Notes: generated from the sequence alone by a model not told the origin. Positions 1 through 9,794 are shown, counted from the first letter of the stretch. The stretch is 64,000 bases of DNA from Candidatus Woesearchaeota archaeon (GCA_018303655.1 JAGVXT010000023.1:30394-94393), one strand, 5' to 3'. Translations and numbers: made by a program.

Positions 1-12
1 CTCTCCTTTTGT

Positions 13-2226
13 ATGATTAAGAACTTTGAGCCAAGGCTGTACCAGCAGACTATTCTTGCAACGGCTGCCGAAAAAAACACGTTAGTTGTGCTGCCTACAG
101 GAATGGGCAAGACAAACATCTTTCTCATGCTTACTGCGCAAAGGCTGAAGCATTATCCGAACTCCAAGGTGCTTTTCATAGGCCCTACACGCCCTTTGAT
201 TGAGCAGTACATGAATGTGTTTAAGAACCACTTTGAGATTGATGAAAGGGATATTGCTGTTTTCACAGGCATGGTAAGCCCTGAAAAGAGGAGTGAACTC
301 TGGAAAACATCAAGAATAATATTTTCAACGCCGCAAGGATTGGAAAATGATATAATAAGCAAATCAATCAACCTTGAAGATGTTTGCTTGCTCGGAGTTG
401 ATGAAGCACACAGGGCTGTTGGAGATTACGCCTATGTTTTTGTTGCAAAGCAGTTCATGAAGCTTTCAAGGTTTCCAAGGATAATTGCATTGACAGCATC
501 TCCAGGAAGCGACATGGAAAAAATACAGGAAGTCTGCAAAAATCTGTTCATCGAAGACATTGAAGTCAGGACTGATGATGACCCTGACGTGAAACCATAC
601 ATACAGGAAATGCAGATAGAGTGGGCCAATGTTGAGCTGCCCAAGGTTTTCACAGACATAAAAAGGTTGCTGGCCTTGTTTTTAACGGAAAGGTTTGAAA
701 AGCTGAAAAAAATAGGCATTCTGAAAAGGGCTGATGTAAAGTATGTTTCAAAATCTGACTTGCTGCAGCTGCAGGCAGAGCTAAGGAGCAGGATTTCACA
801 AGGAGAGAAGGATTTTGTTGTGTGGAATGCAATATCAATGCTTGCAGAGGTCATGAAGATCCACCATGCCCTTGAGCTGCTTGAAACTCAAGGAATTGTT
901 TCCCTTCAGAAATATTTTGAGAAGCTGGTTTCTGAGTCAAGGATATCTAAAACAAAAGCAATAAAATCCATAATGAATGATTCAAATTTCAGGCTGGCAA
1001 TGTCCAAGGCAAGGATTCTGCATGAGGAAAAAGTAGAGCACCCAAAACTGATAGAGCTGCAGAATATCATTGAAAAGGAGGTCAGTGCAAACAAGGATGC
1101 AAAAATAATCGTTTTCAACCAATACAGGGACAATGCAGTTGACATTGCAGAGAAATTAAACAGGATTGAAAACGTGACTGCAAAGATTTTTGTAGGCCAG
1201 CAGAAGAAAAATGAGACTGGATTAAGCCAGAAGGAGCAGAAGCACCTGCTTGATGACTTTAAAAATGGGCTGCTTAACGTGCTTGTAGCGACTTCCATTG
1301 GAGAGGAGGGGCTTGACATCCCGAAAGTTGACCTTGTTGTGTTTTACGAACCCATACCAAGCGCCATAAGGAGCATCCAGCGAAGGGGAAGAACAGGGCG
1401 CCAGGATAAAGGCAGAGTAATAATATTGATGGCAAAAGGAACAAGGGACGAGGCTTACAAGTGGGTGGCGCATCACAAGGAAAAAAAGATGTACAGGAAC
1501 CTCACAAATTTGAGAAAAAAGCTAAACCTGTCGCTGCATGAAAGGAAAGAATTGCCAATTGCAAGATTTGCCGAGAATAAGACAAAAATCTTTGCTGACT
1601 ACAGGGAAAAGGGGAGTGGTGTTATCAAGGAGCTTGCCGAAAGCAATGTAACCGTCAATCTAGAGAAATTAAACTATGCTGATTATGTTGTTTCCTCGAG
1701 ATGCGGCATAGAGGCAAAAACAGTTGAGGATTTTGTTGACAGCATAATTGACGGAAGGCTGCTTGAGCAGATTAAGAACTTAAAAAACAATTTTGAAAGG
1801 CCAATTATAGTTATAGAAGGCACGCAGGATATTTATGGAGTGAGGAATGTGCACCACAATTCGATTCTTGGAATGATGGCAACAATTGCCGTTTCTTACG
1901 GAGTTCCGATAATACAGACAAAAAATTTTAAGGAAACCGCTGCATTGCTGCAGATAATCGCCAAAAGGGAGCAGGAAGAAATCGGAAGAGACTTCAGTTT
2001 GCATGCTGACAGGAAGCCAGCAACATTAAAAGAGCAGCAGGAGTATGTTGTCAGCTCATTGCCCGGCATGGGCTTGTCGCTTGCAAAGCCTCTGCTAAAA
2101 AAATTCAAGACAATAAAGAACATTGTGAATGCTTCTGAAAAGGAGCTGCAGGAAGTTGAAAAAATCGGTCCTGCAAAGGCAAAGCAGATAAAGGATGTTG
2201 TTGAAAAGGAGTATAAGGAAAGTTAA
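13..2226 (+). CDS. hef: Hef-type helicase-nuclease (SF2 DEAH helicase + ERCC4/XPF-like nuclease + tandem HhH)
   Basis: Walker A PTGMGKT, VDEAH box, helicase C motifs (TSIGEEGLDIP, QRRGRTGR). C-terminal ERCC4-like block (GIEAKTVEDF) and two helix-hairpin-helix motifs (LPGMGLSLAKPL, KIGPAKAKQI). Confidence 0.85.
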   Translation: MIKNFEPRLYQQTILATAAEKNTLVVLPTGMGKTNIFLMLTAQRLKHYPNSKVLFIGPTRPLIEQYMNVFKNHFEIDERDIAVFTGMVSPEKRSELWKTSRIIFSTPQGLENDIISKSINLEDVCLLGVDEAHRAVGDYAYVFVAKQFMKLSRFPRIIALTASPGSDMEKIQEVCKNLFIEDIEVRTDDDPDVKPYIQEMQIEWANVELPKVFTDIKRLLALFLTERFEKLKKIGILKRADVKYVSKSDLLQLQAELRSRISQGEKDFVVWNAISMLAEVMKIHHALELLETQGIVSLQKYFEKLVSESRISKTKAIKSIMNDSNFRLAMSKARILHEEKVEHPKLIELQNIIEKEVSANKDAKIIVFNQYRDNAVDIAEKLNRIENVTAKIFVGQQKKNETGLSQKEQKHLLDDFKNGLLNVLVATSIGEEGLDIPKVDLVVFYEPIPSAIRSIQRRGRTGRQDKGRVIILMAKGTRDEAYKWVAHHKEKKMYRNLTNLRKKLNLSLHERKELPIARFAENKTKIFADYREKGSGVIKELAESNVTVNLEKLNYADYVVSSRCGIEAKTVEDFVDSIIDGRLLEQIKNLKNNFERPIIVIEGTQDIYGVRNVHHNSILGMMATIAVSYGVPIIQTKNFKETAALLQIIAKREQEEIGRDFSLHADRKPATLKEQQEYVVSSLPGMGLSLAKPLLKKFKTIKNIVNASEKELQEVEKIGPAKAKQIKDVVEKEYKES

Positions 2227-2240
2227 ATAATTTATAAAAA

Positions 2241-2363
2241 ATGGGATATACAAAAGCTAAAACAAAGAAGAGAAAGAAGAATGACATTTTTGATACTTTC
2301 GGAAGATTAAAAAGGAAAGTCTCAGGACAACGGTTTAAAGATAAAGCGAGAAGTGGTTGGTAA
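2241..2363 (+). CDS. candidate 40-aa highly basic micro-protein (MGYTKAKTKKRKKNDIFDTFGRLKRKVSGQRFKDKARSGW)
   Basis: Read by hand; below the ORF-track cutoff. The ATG lies directly after a TTTATAAAAA TATA-like box, so it would be leaderless. No family recognised. Confidence 0.2.
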   Translation: MGYTKAKTKKRKKNDIFDTFGRLKRKVSGQRFKDKARSGW

Positions 2364-2404
2364 ATTATTAAATAAACTTAATTTTAGAAATCTTTATATT
2401 TTAA

Positions 2405-3367
2405 TTGAAAGATTTAAGGAAAATGTTCAGAAAATTCTTGATCTGGCTGGCAAAAAATATAATTATACTGCTTCTTATAACTTTGATATTCTCAACAATC
2501 GCTCTTGATGTGCCGGGCATGGTCAAGGAAATGTTCAAAGACATATTCTCATATGCCTCTCCAGAGACTCAAAAAGAGGTGATTGGCAAGCTTACCGGTG
2601 CATGCTCCGGGCTTGACGGATATAATTCAACTGAAGAAAGTTCTTTGCCTGTGAATTTAAGCAGGATAGGCTCGCTGTGTAAGGACTACCATTCCAATAA
2701 AATAAACGATAAGGAGTTTTTCTTTAATGTTATCGGAAGCGCTGTTCCTGACAATTTCGGGATTGCAAACACAAATGCTGTGAAAAATTATTATGCAGCG
2801 ATGAACTTCCTTAACAACAGCAAAATCATTTACTTCACAATACTTATAGTGCTTTTGCTGGCGCTTTATTTGCTTGCAGGCAGCTTAAATGCTTTCCTTG
2901 TGATTCTTAGCTCAATCTGCTTTAGCATCGGTATGCTGATTTTGGTTCCTTACATTGCAATAATGGCATATGACAAGCTTGTTGGAATTGACACAACGCC
3001 TTTGCTTGAGGCAATTCTTGGAAGCAACCTCTCGCTTGACATCAAAGCCATAGTTAGCCTTGTGCTTCTTCTGCTGCTGAGGACCTATACAAACTTGATA
3101 ATAACATTGGGCATAATATTCACAGCAATAGGAATTACAGGCAAGGTTTACAGATGGAAATTAAAACGGCAAAGCTCAAAACCTGAACCAAAAGAAGACA
3201 AAGGAATTAAAGGAAAAAAATCAAAAAAAGAAAAGCCTGCCAAAGAAAAGCAAACCAAAGAAGAGGAAGACGAAGCTTACAGGCACAGAGACAGAACCAC
3301 AAAAGAGATTCTTGACGAGCTTGAGGACATGCACAAAAAGAAAATGAAGGAAAAGGAAAATGACTAA
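2405..3367 (+). CDS. multi-pass membrane protein with Lys/Glu-rich C-terminal tail
   Basis: Several hydrophobic helices, then a KPEPKEDKGIKGKKSKKEKPAKEKQTKEEEDE tail. The track start is TTG; an in-frame ATG at 2423 is an alternative start. Confidence 0.55.
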   Translation: MKDLRKMFRKFLIWLAKNIIILLLITLIFSTIALDVPGMVKEMFKDIFSYASPETQKEVIGKLTGACSGLDGYNSTEESSLPVNLSRIGSLCKDYHSNKINDKEFFFNVIGSAVPDNFGIANTNAVKNYYAAMNFLNNSKIIYFTILIVLLLALYLLAGSLNAFLVILSSICFSIGMLILVPYIAIMAYDKLVGIDTTPLLEAILGSNLSLDIKAIVSLVLLLLLRTYTNLIITLGIIFTAIGITGKVYRWKLKRQSSKPEPKEDKGIKGKKSKKEKPAKEKQTKEEEDEAYRHRDRTTKEILDELEDMHKKKMKEKEND

Positions 3368-4209
3368 AAGCTCATTGTCCTTAATCTTCTTGTTCTTTCA
3401 TGAGTTGAAGGGTGAGTCATAAATAATCTCAAAAAGCCTGCATTCCTGAAAGGATTGGATATAAACAAATGTGCTGTTGACTGGTTTCCAAATCTCATTG
3501 GATTAATGCCAACATTTTTTTCTATCTTTTCCAATGCATCTGCAAGCGAATTTCCATTTTTTACAAATTTCGCGCCTGCTTCATCTGCTATGTATTCCCT
3601 GCTTCTTGAGATTGCAAGCTGGATTATTGATGCGATTATTGGAGTTATTATTGCTAACAACACTAAGCCTATGACATTGCCTCCTCTGTCGTCATCTCTC
3701 CCGCCAAACATCGCGCTCCACATGAACATATTGGCTACATATGATATGATTCCGGCTATAGTGCCTGCAACAGTGGAAATCAGAATGTCCCTGTTTTTGA
3801 TGTGCGCAAATTCATGCGCAATAACACCTTTTAATTCGTCTTCGTTCAAAATCTTCATTATTCCTTCTGTTGTTGCAACTGCCGCATGTTTGGGGTTTCT
3901 TCCACATGCAAAAGCATTTGGCGAGTTGGTTGGAATCACATAAACCTTTGGCATTGGCAGGTTGCTTAATTTAGATACTTCCTTTACAATTTTGTATAAT
4001 TTAGGGTATTCGCTCTGCTTTGCCTCTTTCGCGCGGTACATCCACAGCACTATCTTGTCAGAGAACCAGTAAGAGCCGATATTCATCAGGCCGACAAAGA
4101 TTAATGCAAAGATAAAGCCTGTTTTTCCAAAAAAGCTGCCTATCCACAGCAATAAGGCTGTAAGCATAGCCAATAATACAGCTGTTTTAACCTGATTTTT
4201 TATTGTCAT
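3364..4209 (-). CDS. htpX: HtpX-like M48 zinc metalloprotease
   Basis: N-terminal TM helices, HEFAH zinc motif (VIAHEFAHIKNRD), downstream EYIADE, C-terminal THPSTHERT. Confidence 0.85.
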   Translation of the reverse strand: MTIKNQVKTAVLLAMLTALLLWIGSFFGKTGFIFALIFVGLMNIGSYWFSDKIVLWMYRAKEAKQSEYPKLYKIVKEVSKLSNLPMPKVYVIPTNSPNAFACGRNPKHAAVATTEGIMKILNEDELKGVIAHEFAHIKNRDILISTVAGTIAGIISYVANMFMWSAMFGGRDDDRGGNVIGLVLLAIITPIIASIIQLAISRSREYIADEAGAKFVKNGNSLADALEKIEKNVGINPMRFGNQSTAHLFISNPFRNAGFLRLFMTHPSTHERTRRLRTMSF

Positions 4210-4315
4210 AGCAAATATGTATGCTTTCCTGATTTAAAAATTTAATGTTTAGTGTTGGCATTGTGGTTACAAAGATTTATAAATCAGTAAATAACTGTGC
4301 ATGAAGGTGGTTTTG

Positions 4316-4870
4316 ATGGCAAATGTTGTCTTATGGTCAATAGTTGGAATTTTGGCATTAATTGTCTTATACATAGTTCTAACATTCAACAGCCTTATAA
4401 TGCTAAGAAACAGGGTGAATAACGCATGGAGCCAGATTGATGTTCAGCTTAAGAAAAGATATGACTTGATTCCAAACCTTGTCAACACTGTAAAAGGCTA
4501 CATGAAGCATGAAAGGGGCACATTGGCAGAAATAACAAAGATGAGGTCCAGCTTGATTTCAGGCTCAATGCAGCAGAAAGCAAAGGCCAACAATGCAATA
4601 AGCGAGGCATTGAAGACAATCTTCGCTGTTGCAGAAAATTACCCAAAATTAGAGGCTTCTGAAAATTTCAAGATGCTGCAGGAAGAGCTGTCAGGGACAG
4701 AAAGCAAAGTGGCATTCTCAAGGCAGTTCTACAATGACAATGTAATGATTTTAAACAACAAGATACAGCAGTTCCCAAGCAACATTATTGCAAGCATGCT
4801 TAGCTTCAAGGAAAGTGAATTCTTCCAGACTGCAGAAGCAGAGAAAAAACCTGTCAAAGTAGAATTTTAA
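4316..4870 (+). CDS. lemA: LemA family membrane protein
   Basis: Single N-terminal TM followed by the typical LemA region (NNAWSQIDVQLKKRYDLIPNLV, ENYPKLEASENF). GGTGG Shine-Dalgarno 5-6 nt before the ATG at 4316; the track start at 4301 is an alternative. Confidence 0.8.
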   Translation: MANVVLWSIVGILALIVLYIVLTFNSLIMLRNRVNNAWSQIDVQLKKRYDLIPNLVNTVKGYMKHERGTLAEITKMRSSLISGSMQQKAKANNAISEALKTIFAVAENYPKLEASENFKMLQEELSGTESKVAFSRQFYNDNVMILNNKIQQFPSNIIASMLSFKESEFFQTAEAEKKPVKVEF

Positions 4871-4871
4871 G

Positions 4872-5768
4872 ATGAATTTATATGAAAATATTTCTTCAAA
4901 TAAAAGAAAGTCAATATTTTTAATTATTATTTTCTTTATAATTATCGGATTTTTAGGATATTCATTCGGGCTTTACATTGGCGATGCATTCATTGGATTG
5001 GGCTTTGCAATTATTTTTTCCACAATAATGGCATTGATAAGTTTCTATTCAGGCGACAGGATGATTTTAGGAATGAGCAGCGCAATGCCTGCTGACAGGA
5101 AAAAATACCCTTATCTTGTCAATACAGTTGAGGGATTGGCAATTGCTGCCGGAATTCCAACTCCAAAAATTTATGTCATTGATGACAGCGCAATAAATGC
5201 CTTTGCAACCGGCAGGGATCCAAAGCACGCCTCTGTGACTGTAACAACAGGGGCAATAAAAAGGCTGAAAAGGGATGAGTTAGAGGGTGTAATATCCCAT
5301 GAGCTTTCTCATGTAAGGAATTATGACATAAGGATGATGATGTTTGTTGTTGTTCTTGTTGGACTTATAGCCTTATTGAGCGATTTCTTTTTAAGGACAA
5401 TGATTTACGGAAAGGGAAGAAAAGACATGAAAGGCGGAGGCATAATTGGAGTTGTAATTATTTTGCTGGGATTGGTTTTAGCGATACTAGCTCCTTTGAT
5501 AGCGCAGCTGATAAAGCTTGCCGTGAGCAGGAAAAGGGAGTTTCTTGCAGATGCTGACGGAGCTTTGCTTTCAAGAAATCCTGACGGGCTGGCAAACGCG
5601 TTGAAGAAGATAAAGGATGACAAGGAGCCGTTAGTGGAAGCTGCCAACAAGGCAACTGCGCATTTATTCATAGAAAATCCGTTAAGGACATTCAGGGGCA
5701 GTGTCAACAGCCTGTTTTCAACGCATCCTGACATAAATGAGAGGATTAAGAGGCTAGAAGCTTTCTAA
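4872..5768 (+). CDS. second M48-family (HtpX-like) metalloprotease
   Basis: TM helices, HELSH zinc motif (VISHELSHVRNYD), REFLADADGA, THPDINERI. Starts 1 nt after the lemA stop. Confidence 0.8.
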   Translation: MNLYENISSNKRKSIFLIIIFFIIIGFLGYSFGLYIGDAFIGLGFAIIFSTIMALISFYSGDRMILGMSSAMPADRKKYPYLVNTVEGLAIAAGIPTPKIYVIDDSAINAFATGRDPKHASVTVTTGAIKRLKRDELEGVISHELSHVRNYDIRMMMFVVVLVGLIALLSDFFLRTMIYGKGRKDMKGGGIIGVVIILLGLVLAILAPLIAQLIKLAVSRKREFLADADGALLSRNPDGLANALKKIKDDKEPLVEAANKATAHLFIENPLRTFRGSVNSLFSTHPDINERIKRLEAF

Positions 5769-6116
5769 ATATGAGTCAATTCCTTCAATCTGCCTGAGCT
5801 TTGTGTGCTTAAATAAGAATTCTCTGAATTTATTATTTATTTTTACGCCATGTTTTTGTAAGTTAGAGTTTAATTTTGAGTAAAGCTGCCTGCCTTCCCT
5901 ATCCAAATCAGTGAGAATGATGCACTCGTCATTGGAACCGGCAACATCTTCAACAATCTGGAAAAGGGGCTTTTTATTCAGTTCGATAACATTGCTAATG
6001 CCCAGTTTCTGCAAGGCTGTCCTGTCTTTTTTTCCTTCCACGATTATCAACGTGTTGTTTTCTCTGATTTTTTCAATGAAACTTTGAATCTCCCCTGTTT
6101 TTTGGCTCATTGCCAT
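5754..6116 (-). CDS. small stand-alone Toprim-domain protein
   Basis: IIVEGKKDRTAL and ILTDLDREGRQL acidic Toprim motifs in a 120-aa protein. Confidence 0.7.
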   Translation of the reverse strand: MAMSQKTGEIQSFIEKIRENNTLIIVEGKKDRTALQKLGISNVIELNKKPLFQIVEDVAGSNDECIILTDLDREGRQLYSKLNSNLQKHGVKINNKFREFLFKHTKLRQIEGIDSYLESF

Positions 6117-6187
6117 TTTAAAGATGCTTGACAGCTTTTAAATATTTTCATCAAAAACCTTAAATAACAAAAAGCGTTCCTAAAATC

Positions 6188-7537
6188 ATGATTCCTATTA
6201 ATGTATCATTAAGCCATTACAAAAGAGAGGAGATTCAGGAAGAAATTATAGCTAATTCCAAGGACAGGGAAGTTGCAGTTAAATTTAACGACAGCTTTGG
6301 CAAAAGGCCAGATGTGCTGAGGCACCAAAGCGATATTCTCGAGCTTGCAAAGCAAGGCGCTACTTCATTTCATGCCTCTGAAGAATTGTGGAGAAACTCC
6401 TTGCAGCTTGACCCTTCATTGAAAAAGCACGAATTGGACAATTTAAGGATTGGCTGGGATTTGGTGCTTGACATTGACTGCGGGTTTTTTGAATATAGCA
6501 AAATTGCAGCTGATTTGATTATCAAGGCCTTGAGGTTCCACAAGGTAAGTTCAGTTTCCTGCAAATTCTCCGGGAACAAGGGCTTCCATATCGGAGTGCC
6601 GTTCGAGGCATTTCCTGAGAAGGTGAGGAATGATGAAACAAAAATTTTTTTTCCTGCTGCTCCAAGGCAGATTGCATTGTACATAAGGGAAATGATTAAA
6701 AAACCTCTTGGGGATAAGATTATGGAGTTTGAAAAGAATAATTTCAACGCTATTATAGAAAAGACAGGCAAAAAAGCAAATGAAATAACATACTATAACA
6801 ACAAAAACAGGGCATTGAATGCAGAGCCGTTCCTGAACATTGACACTTTGCTTATCTCTTCAAGGCACCTGTACAGGATGCCATATTCCCTGCATGAAAA
6901 ATCAGGATTGGTTTCAACTCCTTTAAACCCTGAAAAGGTTCTGCTGTTCAGGAAAGAGTTTGCAATCCCAAAAAATGTAAGGATAAGCAAGCACAGGTTT
7001 CTTAATAAAAATAATGCTGAAAGCAATGAAGCAAAGCAATTACTAACGGAAGCGATGGATTTTGCAATCAAGCTTGAAACAATTAATTCAAAGGGAAAGA
7101 GAGAATTTCAAGCTCCTGAAAATGCATTGCCTGAGGAATTGTTTCCTCCGTGCATTAAACTTATTCTCAATGGGCTTCAAGATGGAAGAAAAAGGGCATT
7201 GTTCATACTTGTTAATTATTTCATCTCAATTGGATGGAGTTATGACATGGCAGAGAAGAAGCTTAAGGAATGGAATGCAAAAAACAAAGAGCCTTTGAGG
7301 GAAGTTTATTTGCTTGGGCAGTTAAGGTATCACAAGCAGATGCAAAAGAAGATATTGCCGCCTAACTGCAGCAATGAGATGTACATGCTTGGCATTGGTG
7401 TGTGCAAGCCTGACAATTTCTGCCCAAAGATAAGGAACCCTGCGCAGTACACAACAAAAAAGGCATGGATGATGAACAGGGGAAACAAAGGAAAAACTAA
7501 AATCAAAGCAGAACCAACGAAAACTGTCGAAAATTAA
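6188..7537 (+). CDS. fused archaeo-eukaryotic primase (PriS catalytic domain + PriL-CTD-like Fe-S domain)
   Basis: AEP motifs LVLDIDC (DxD) and FSGNKGFHIGVP in the N-terminal part. C-terminal part has ELFPPCIKLILNG...GRKRALF plus three more Cys (PPNC, GVC, NFC), as in the PriL 4Fe-4S domain. Confidence 0.75.
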   Translation: MIPINVSLSHYKREEIQEEIIANSKDREVAVKFNDSFGKRPDVLRHQSDILELAKQGATSFHASEELWRNSLQLDPSLKKHELDNLRIGWDLVLDIDCGFFEYSKIAADLIIKALRFHKVSSVSCKFSGNKGFHIGVPFEAFPEKVRNDETKIFFPAAPRQIALYIREMIKKPLGDKIMEFEKNNFNAIIEKTGKKANEITYYNNKNRALNAEPFLNIDTLLISSRHLYRMPYSLHEKSGLVSTPLNPEKVLLFRKEFAIPKNVRISKHRFLNKNNAESNEAKQLLTEAMDFAIKLETINSKGKREFQAPENALPEELFPPCIKLILNGLQDGRKRALFILVNYFISIGWSYDMAEKKLKEWNAKNKEPLREVYLLGQLRYHKQMQKKILPPNCSNEMYMLGIGVCKPDNFCPKIRNPAQYTTKKAWMMNRGNKGKTKIKAEPTKTVEN

Positions 7538-7571
7538 GAATTTTCAGAGTTCTCGCAAATCTAATTTGCGA
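7526..7571 (+). repeat. hairpin-array repeat, copy A (two hairpins with 3-nt loops)
   Basis: CGAAAATT-aag-AATTTTC(a)G at 7528-7547 overlaps the primase stop codon. TCGCAAAT-cta-ATTTGCGA lies at 7553-7571. The lead-in AACGAAAACTGTCGAAAAT resembles copies B and C. Confidence 0.6.
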
Positions 7572-7626
7572 AAACTATTTAAATAACCGAGCAAATAGCA
7601 TATAAATTAAAAATTGAGGTGAGCAG

Positions 7627-7818
7627 ATGGCTTTTGGCGTTCAGGAGATAACACTTGCTATTATCATAGGCACTTTGGCTGCGATAGTATATTCCTTGAG
7701 AATTCTGGTTCTGATGGAAAGAAGAATTGCAAGGATAGAGATGCATATTGAAAGGGTTGTTGACAAGCTTGTTAAGGAAGAGATAAAGATTGAAAGGTCA
7801 ATGAAAAGAAGGCGTTAA
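7627..7818 (+). CDS. small single-TM protein
   Basis: 63-aa ORF with one hydrophobic helix and a charged C-terminus. GAGGTGAG Shine-Dalgarno immediately upstream. Confidence 0.45.
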   Translation: MAFGVQEITLAIIIGTLAAIVYSLRILVLMERRIARIEMHIERVVDKLVKEEIKIERSMKRRR

Positions 7819-8222
7819 GGTTTAATTTTGTAAGATATCAACTCTTCAAATGATATACCATACATGTCGACAACTTTAGAATCAATAACGTACCCACTCT
7901 TTGTTTTTTTTAGATCCTCTAAACTTAAAAATCTCCAATCTTTTTTGGTAAATTTAACTGCAAACCACTCTCTTGCATCAAAAATATCGGAAAAATCCCT
8001 AAGTTGCTTAATATCATAATCAGACAGGTATATTTTGTTGCTTTTTGTTGTTTTACATTCAATAGCTAATCTTCTATTACTTTCTTTATTGCCAACCAGC
8101 AAATCAGGCCCTGGGTATTTCATTGAGCCGGAGCCTGCAGAACGAATTGTAGCAAAATTCTTTGCCCAGAACATGTGCAATAATTCTCTTTCAGCCTTTG
8201 AGCCCTTTTGTTTGACTGACAT
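7815..8222 (-). CDS. hjc: Holliday junction resolvase Hjc
   Basis: KGSKAERELLHMF ... SAGSG ... PDLLVGN ... LAIECKTTK, a PD-(D/E)XK pattern typical of Hjc. Start set at the internal ATG at 8222, which avoids overlap with rnz. Confidence 0.8.
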   Translation of the reverse strand: MSVKQKGSKAERELLHMFWAKNFATIRSAGSGSMKYPGPDLLVGNKESNRRLAIECKTTKSNKIYLSDYDIKQLRDFSDIFDAREWFAVKFTKKDWRFLSLEDLKKTKSGYVIDSKVVDMYGISFEELISYKIKP

Positions 8223-8224
8223 TC

Positions 8225-9115
8225 TTACAGCTCGATTTTCATGAAATCTTTTGCGCATATCACCTTGTCAAATATGTTTCTTGCATCTTCCTCCAGCTCT
8301 TGGGTATTTTTGTACCTTGCGCTGAAATGTATCAGCACAAGCTGCTTGGCATTGGCTTTGTTTGCCAATTGCGCTGCCTGCTTTGCAGTCATATGCCCGT
8401 ATTCCTCGCTCTTGTCAGCAAGCTTTGAGGAGTAAGTTGCCTCGCAAATAAGCAAATCCGCATCATCTGCAATCTTGTAGCAGTTATTGCATATCACAGT
8501 GTCAGTTACATAAGCAACTTTCTTTCCGCTTTCGATATAGGTTACATCATCAGGCATGATTTTATTACCATTGTATTCAATGGATTTGCCTTGCTGCAGT
8601 TTTCCGATCAATGACCCACTGGGAATATTAAATTTTTTAATCTTTTTCATGTCAACTTTTCTGATGTCTTTTTCAACGAACTTGTAGCCAAGAATTTCAA
8701 TCCCATGTTCTAATGAATAAGCCTCTAACTGGAATTCGTTATTTTCAAAAAAAATGCCGCTTTTGACTTCCTTGACATCCAAGCTTATCTTTTTGTCAAA
8801 AACAAATGCCTCAAACATCTTTTCCATTCTTTTCTTTGTGCCAATTGGCCCGTAAATCTCAAGCTTTCCGCTGTAATCCATTGAGCTTAATGTCTGAATC
8901 AATCCAGGCAGCCCAAGCACATGATCGCCGTGCCAGTGGCTAATGAGGATTTTAGTTACTTTTGGAAGGCTTATGCCGGCTATCTTGAATTGGCGCTGGG
9001 TGCCTTCCCCGCAGTCAAACAAAATGCCTTCAGGGCCGTAGCTAAGAAAAACAGCTATCTGGTTTCTCTCCTTTGTCGGCACCATTGAAGAAGTGCCAAG
9101 AAATGTAATTTGCAT
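8225..9115 (-). CDS. rnz: ribonuclease Z (tRNA 3-prime endonuclease)
   Basis: MQITFLGTSS start and the HWHGDH metallo-beta-lactamase motif. I treat the N-terminal 55 aa of the track ORF as a spurious extension; ATG confirmed at 9113-9115. Confidence 0.85.
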   Translation of the reverse strand: MQITFLGTSSMVPTKERNQIAVFLSYGPEGILFDCGEGTQRQFKIAGISLPKVTKILISHWHGDHVLGLPGLIQTLSSMDYSGKLEIYGPIGTKKRMEKMFEAFVFDKKISLDVKEVKSGIFFENNEFQLEAYSLEHGIEILGYKFVEKDIRKVDMKKIKKFNIPSGSLIGKLQQGKSIEYNGNKIMPDDVTYIESGKKVAYVTDTVICNNCYKIADDADLLICEATYSSKLADKSEEYGHMTAKQAAQLANKANAKQLVLIHFSARYKNTQELEEDARNIFDKVICAKDFMKIEL

Positions 9116-9191
9116 GCTGCCTTGTATTCTAAAACACTTTAAAAAGCTTTTTAAACCATCCAGTATACCATTAGCTAATATACTATTTAAC

Positions 9192-9794
9192 ATGACTAAG
9201 AAAAAGGAAGACGCTGAAGAAGTGCTTCCTAAAAAGGAAATAAAGGAAGAAAAAGCCAAAGAACACAGAGAGCCTGTCAAGGCATACTTTTCAAATGAAA
9301 GGGTGCTTACAGAAAGCTCGGATGATGCTAGAGAGTTCTATAACCAAAGCAGGTACGGAAACCTGCTTGAGGACGGAAGGGTTCAGCTTTCACTGATTGA
9401 AGCGCTTTATCTTGTTGAAAAGAAGAGGGTTAAGGTTTACGATTCCAGAAGCAAAGAAATCAGTTACGAAAGCCTTTTGAAAAAATCGCAGAAAACAGAG
9501 CCGAATTTCTGGATAAGGTATTGCGTTTACAGGGACATAAGGAACAGGGGCTACATAATAAAGACAGCGTTGAAGTTTGGCGCTGATTTCAGGATTTATG
9601 ACAGGGGAGTTAAGCCAGGAGAGGACCATGCAAGATGGGTTGTATTTCCTGTGCATGAAGGCTCTACACTGACATGGTATGAATTCGCTGCCAAAAACAG
9701 AGTAGCGCATTCAACAAAGAAAAGGCTTCTTATTGGGATAGTGGATGCGGAACTTGACGTTACGTTTTACGAGTGCCGCTGGTTAAGGCCATAG
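9192..9794 (+). CDS. endA: tRNA-splicing endonuclease
   Basis: LSLIEALYLVEKKRVKVYD and YCVYRDIRNRGYIIKTALKFGADFRIYDRG ... HARWVV catalytic-domain pattern. Start set at the ATG at 9192. Confidence 0.8.
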   Translation: MTKKKEDAEEVLPKKEIKEEKAKEHREPVKAYFSNERVLTESSDDAREFYNQSRYGNLLEDGRVQLSLIEALYLVEKKRVKVYDSRSKEISYESLLKKSQKTEPNFWIRYCVYRDIRNRGYIIKTALKFGADFRIYDRGVKPGEDHARWVVFPVHEGSTLTWYEFAAKNRVAHSTKKRLLIGIVDAELDVTFYECRWLRP

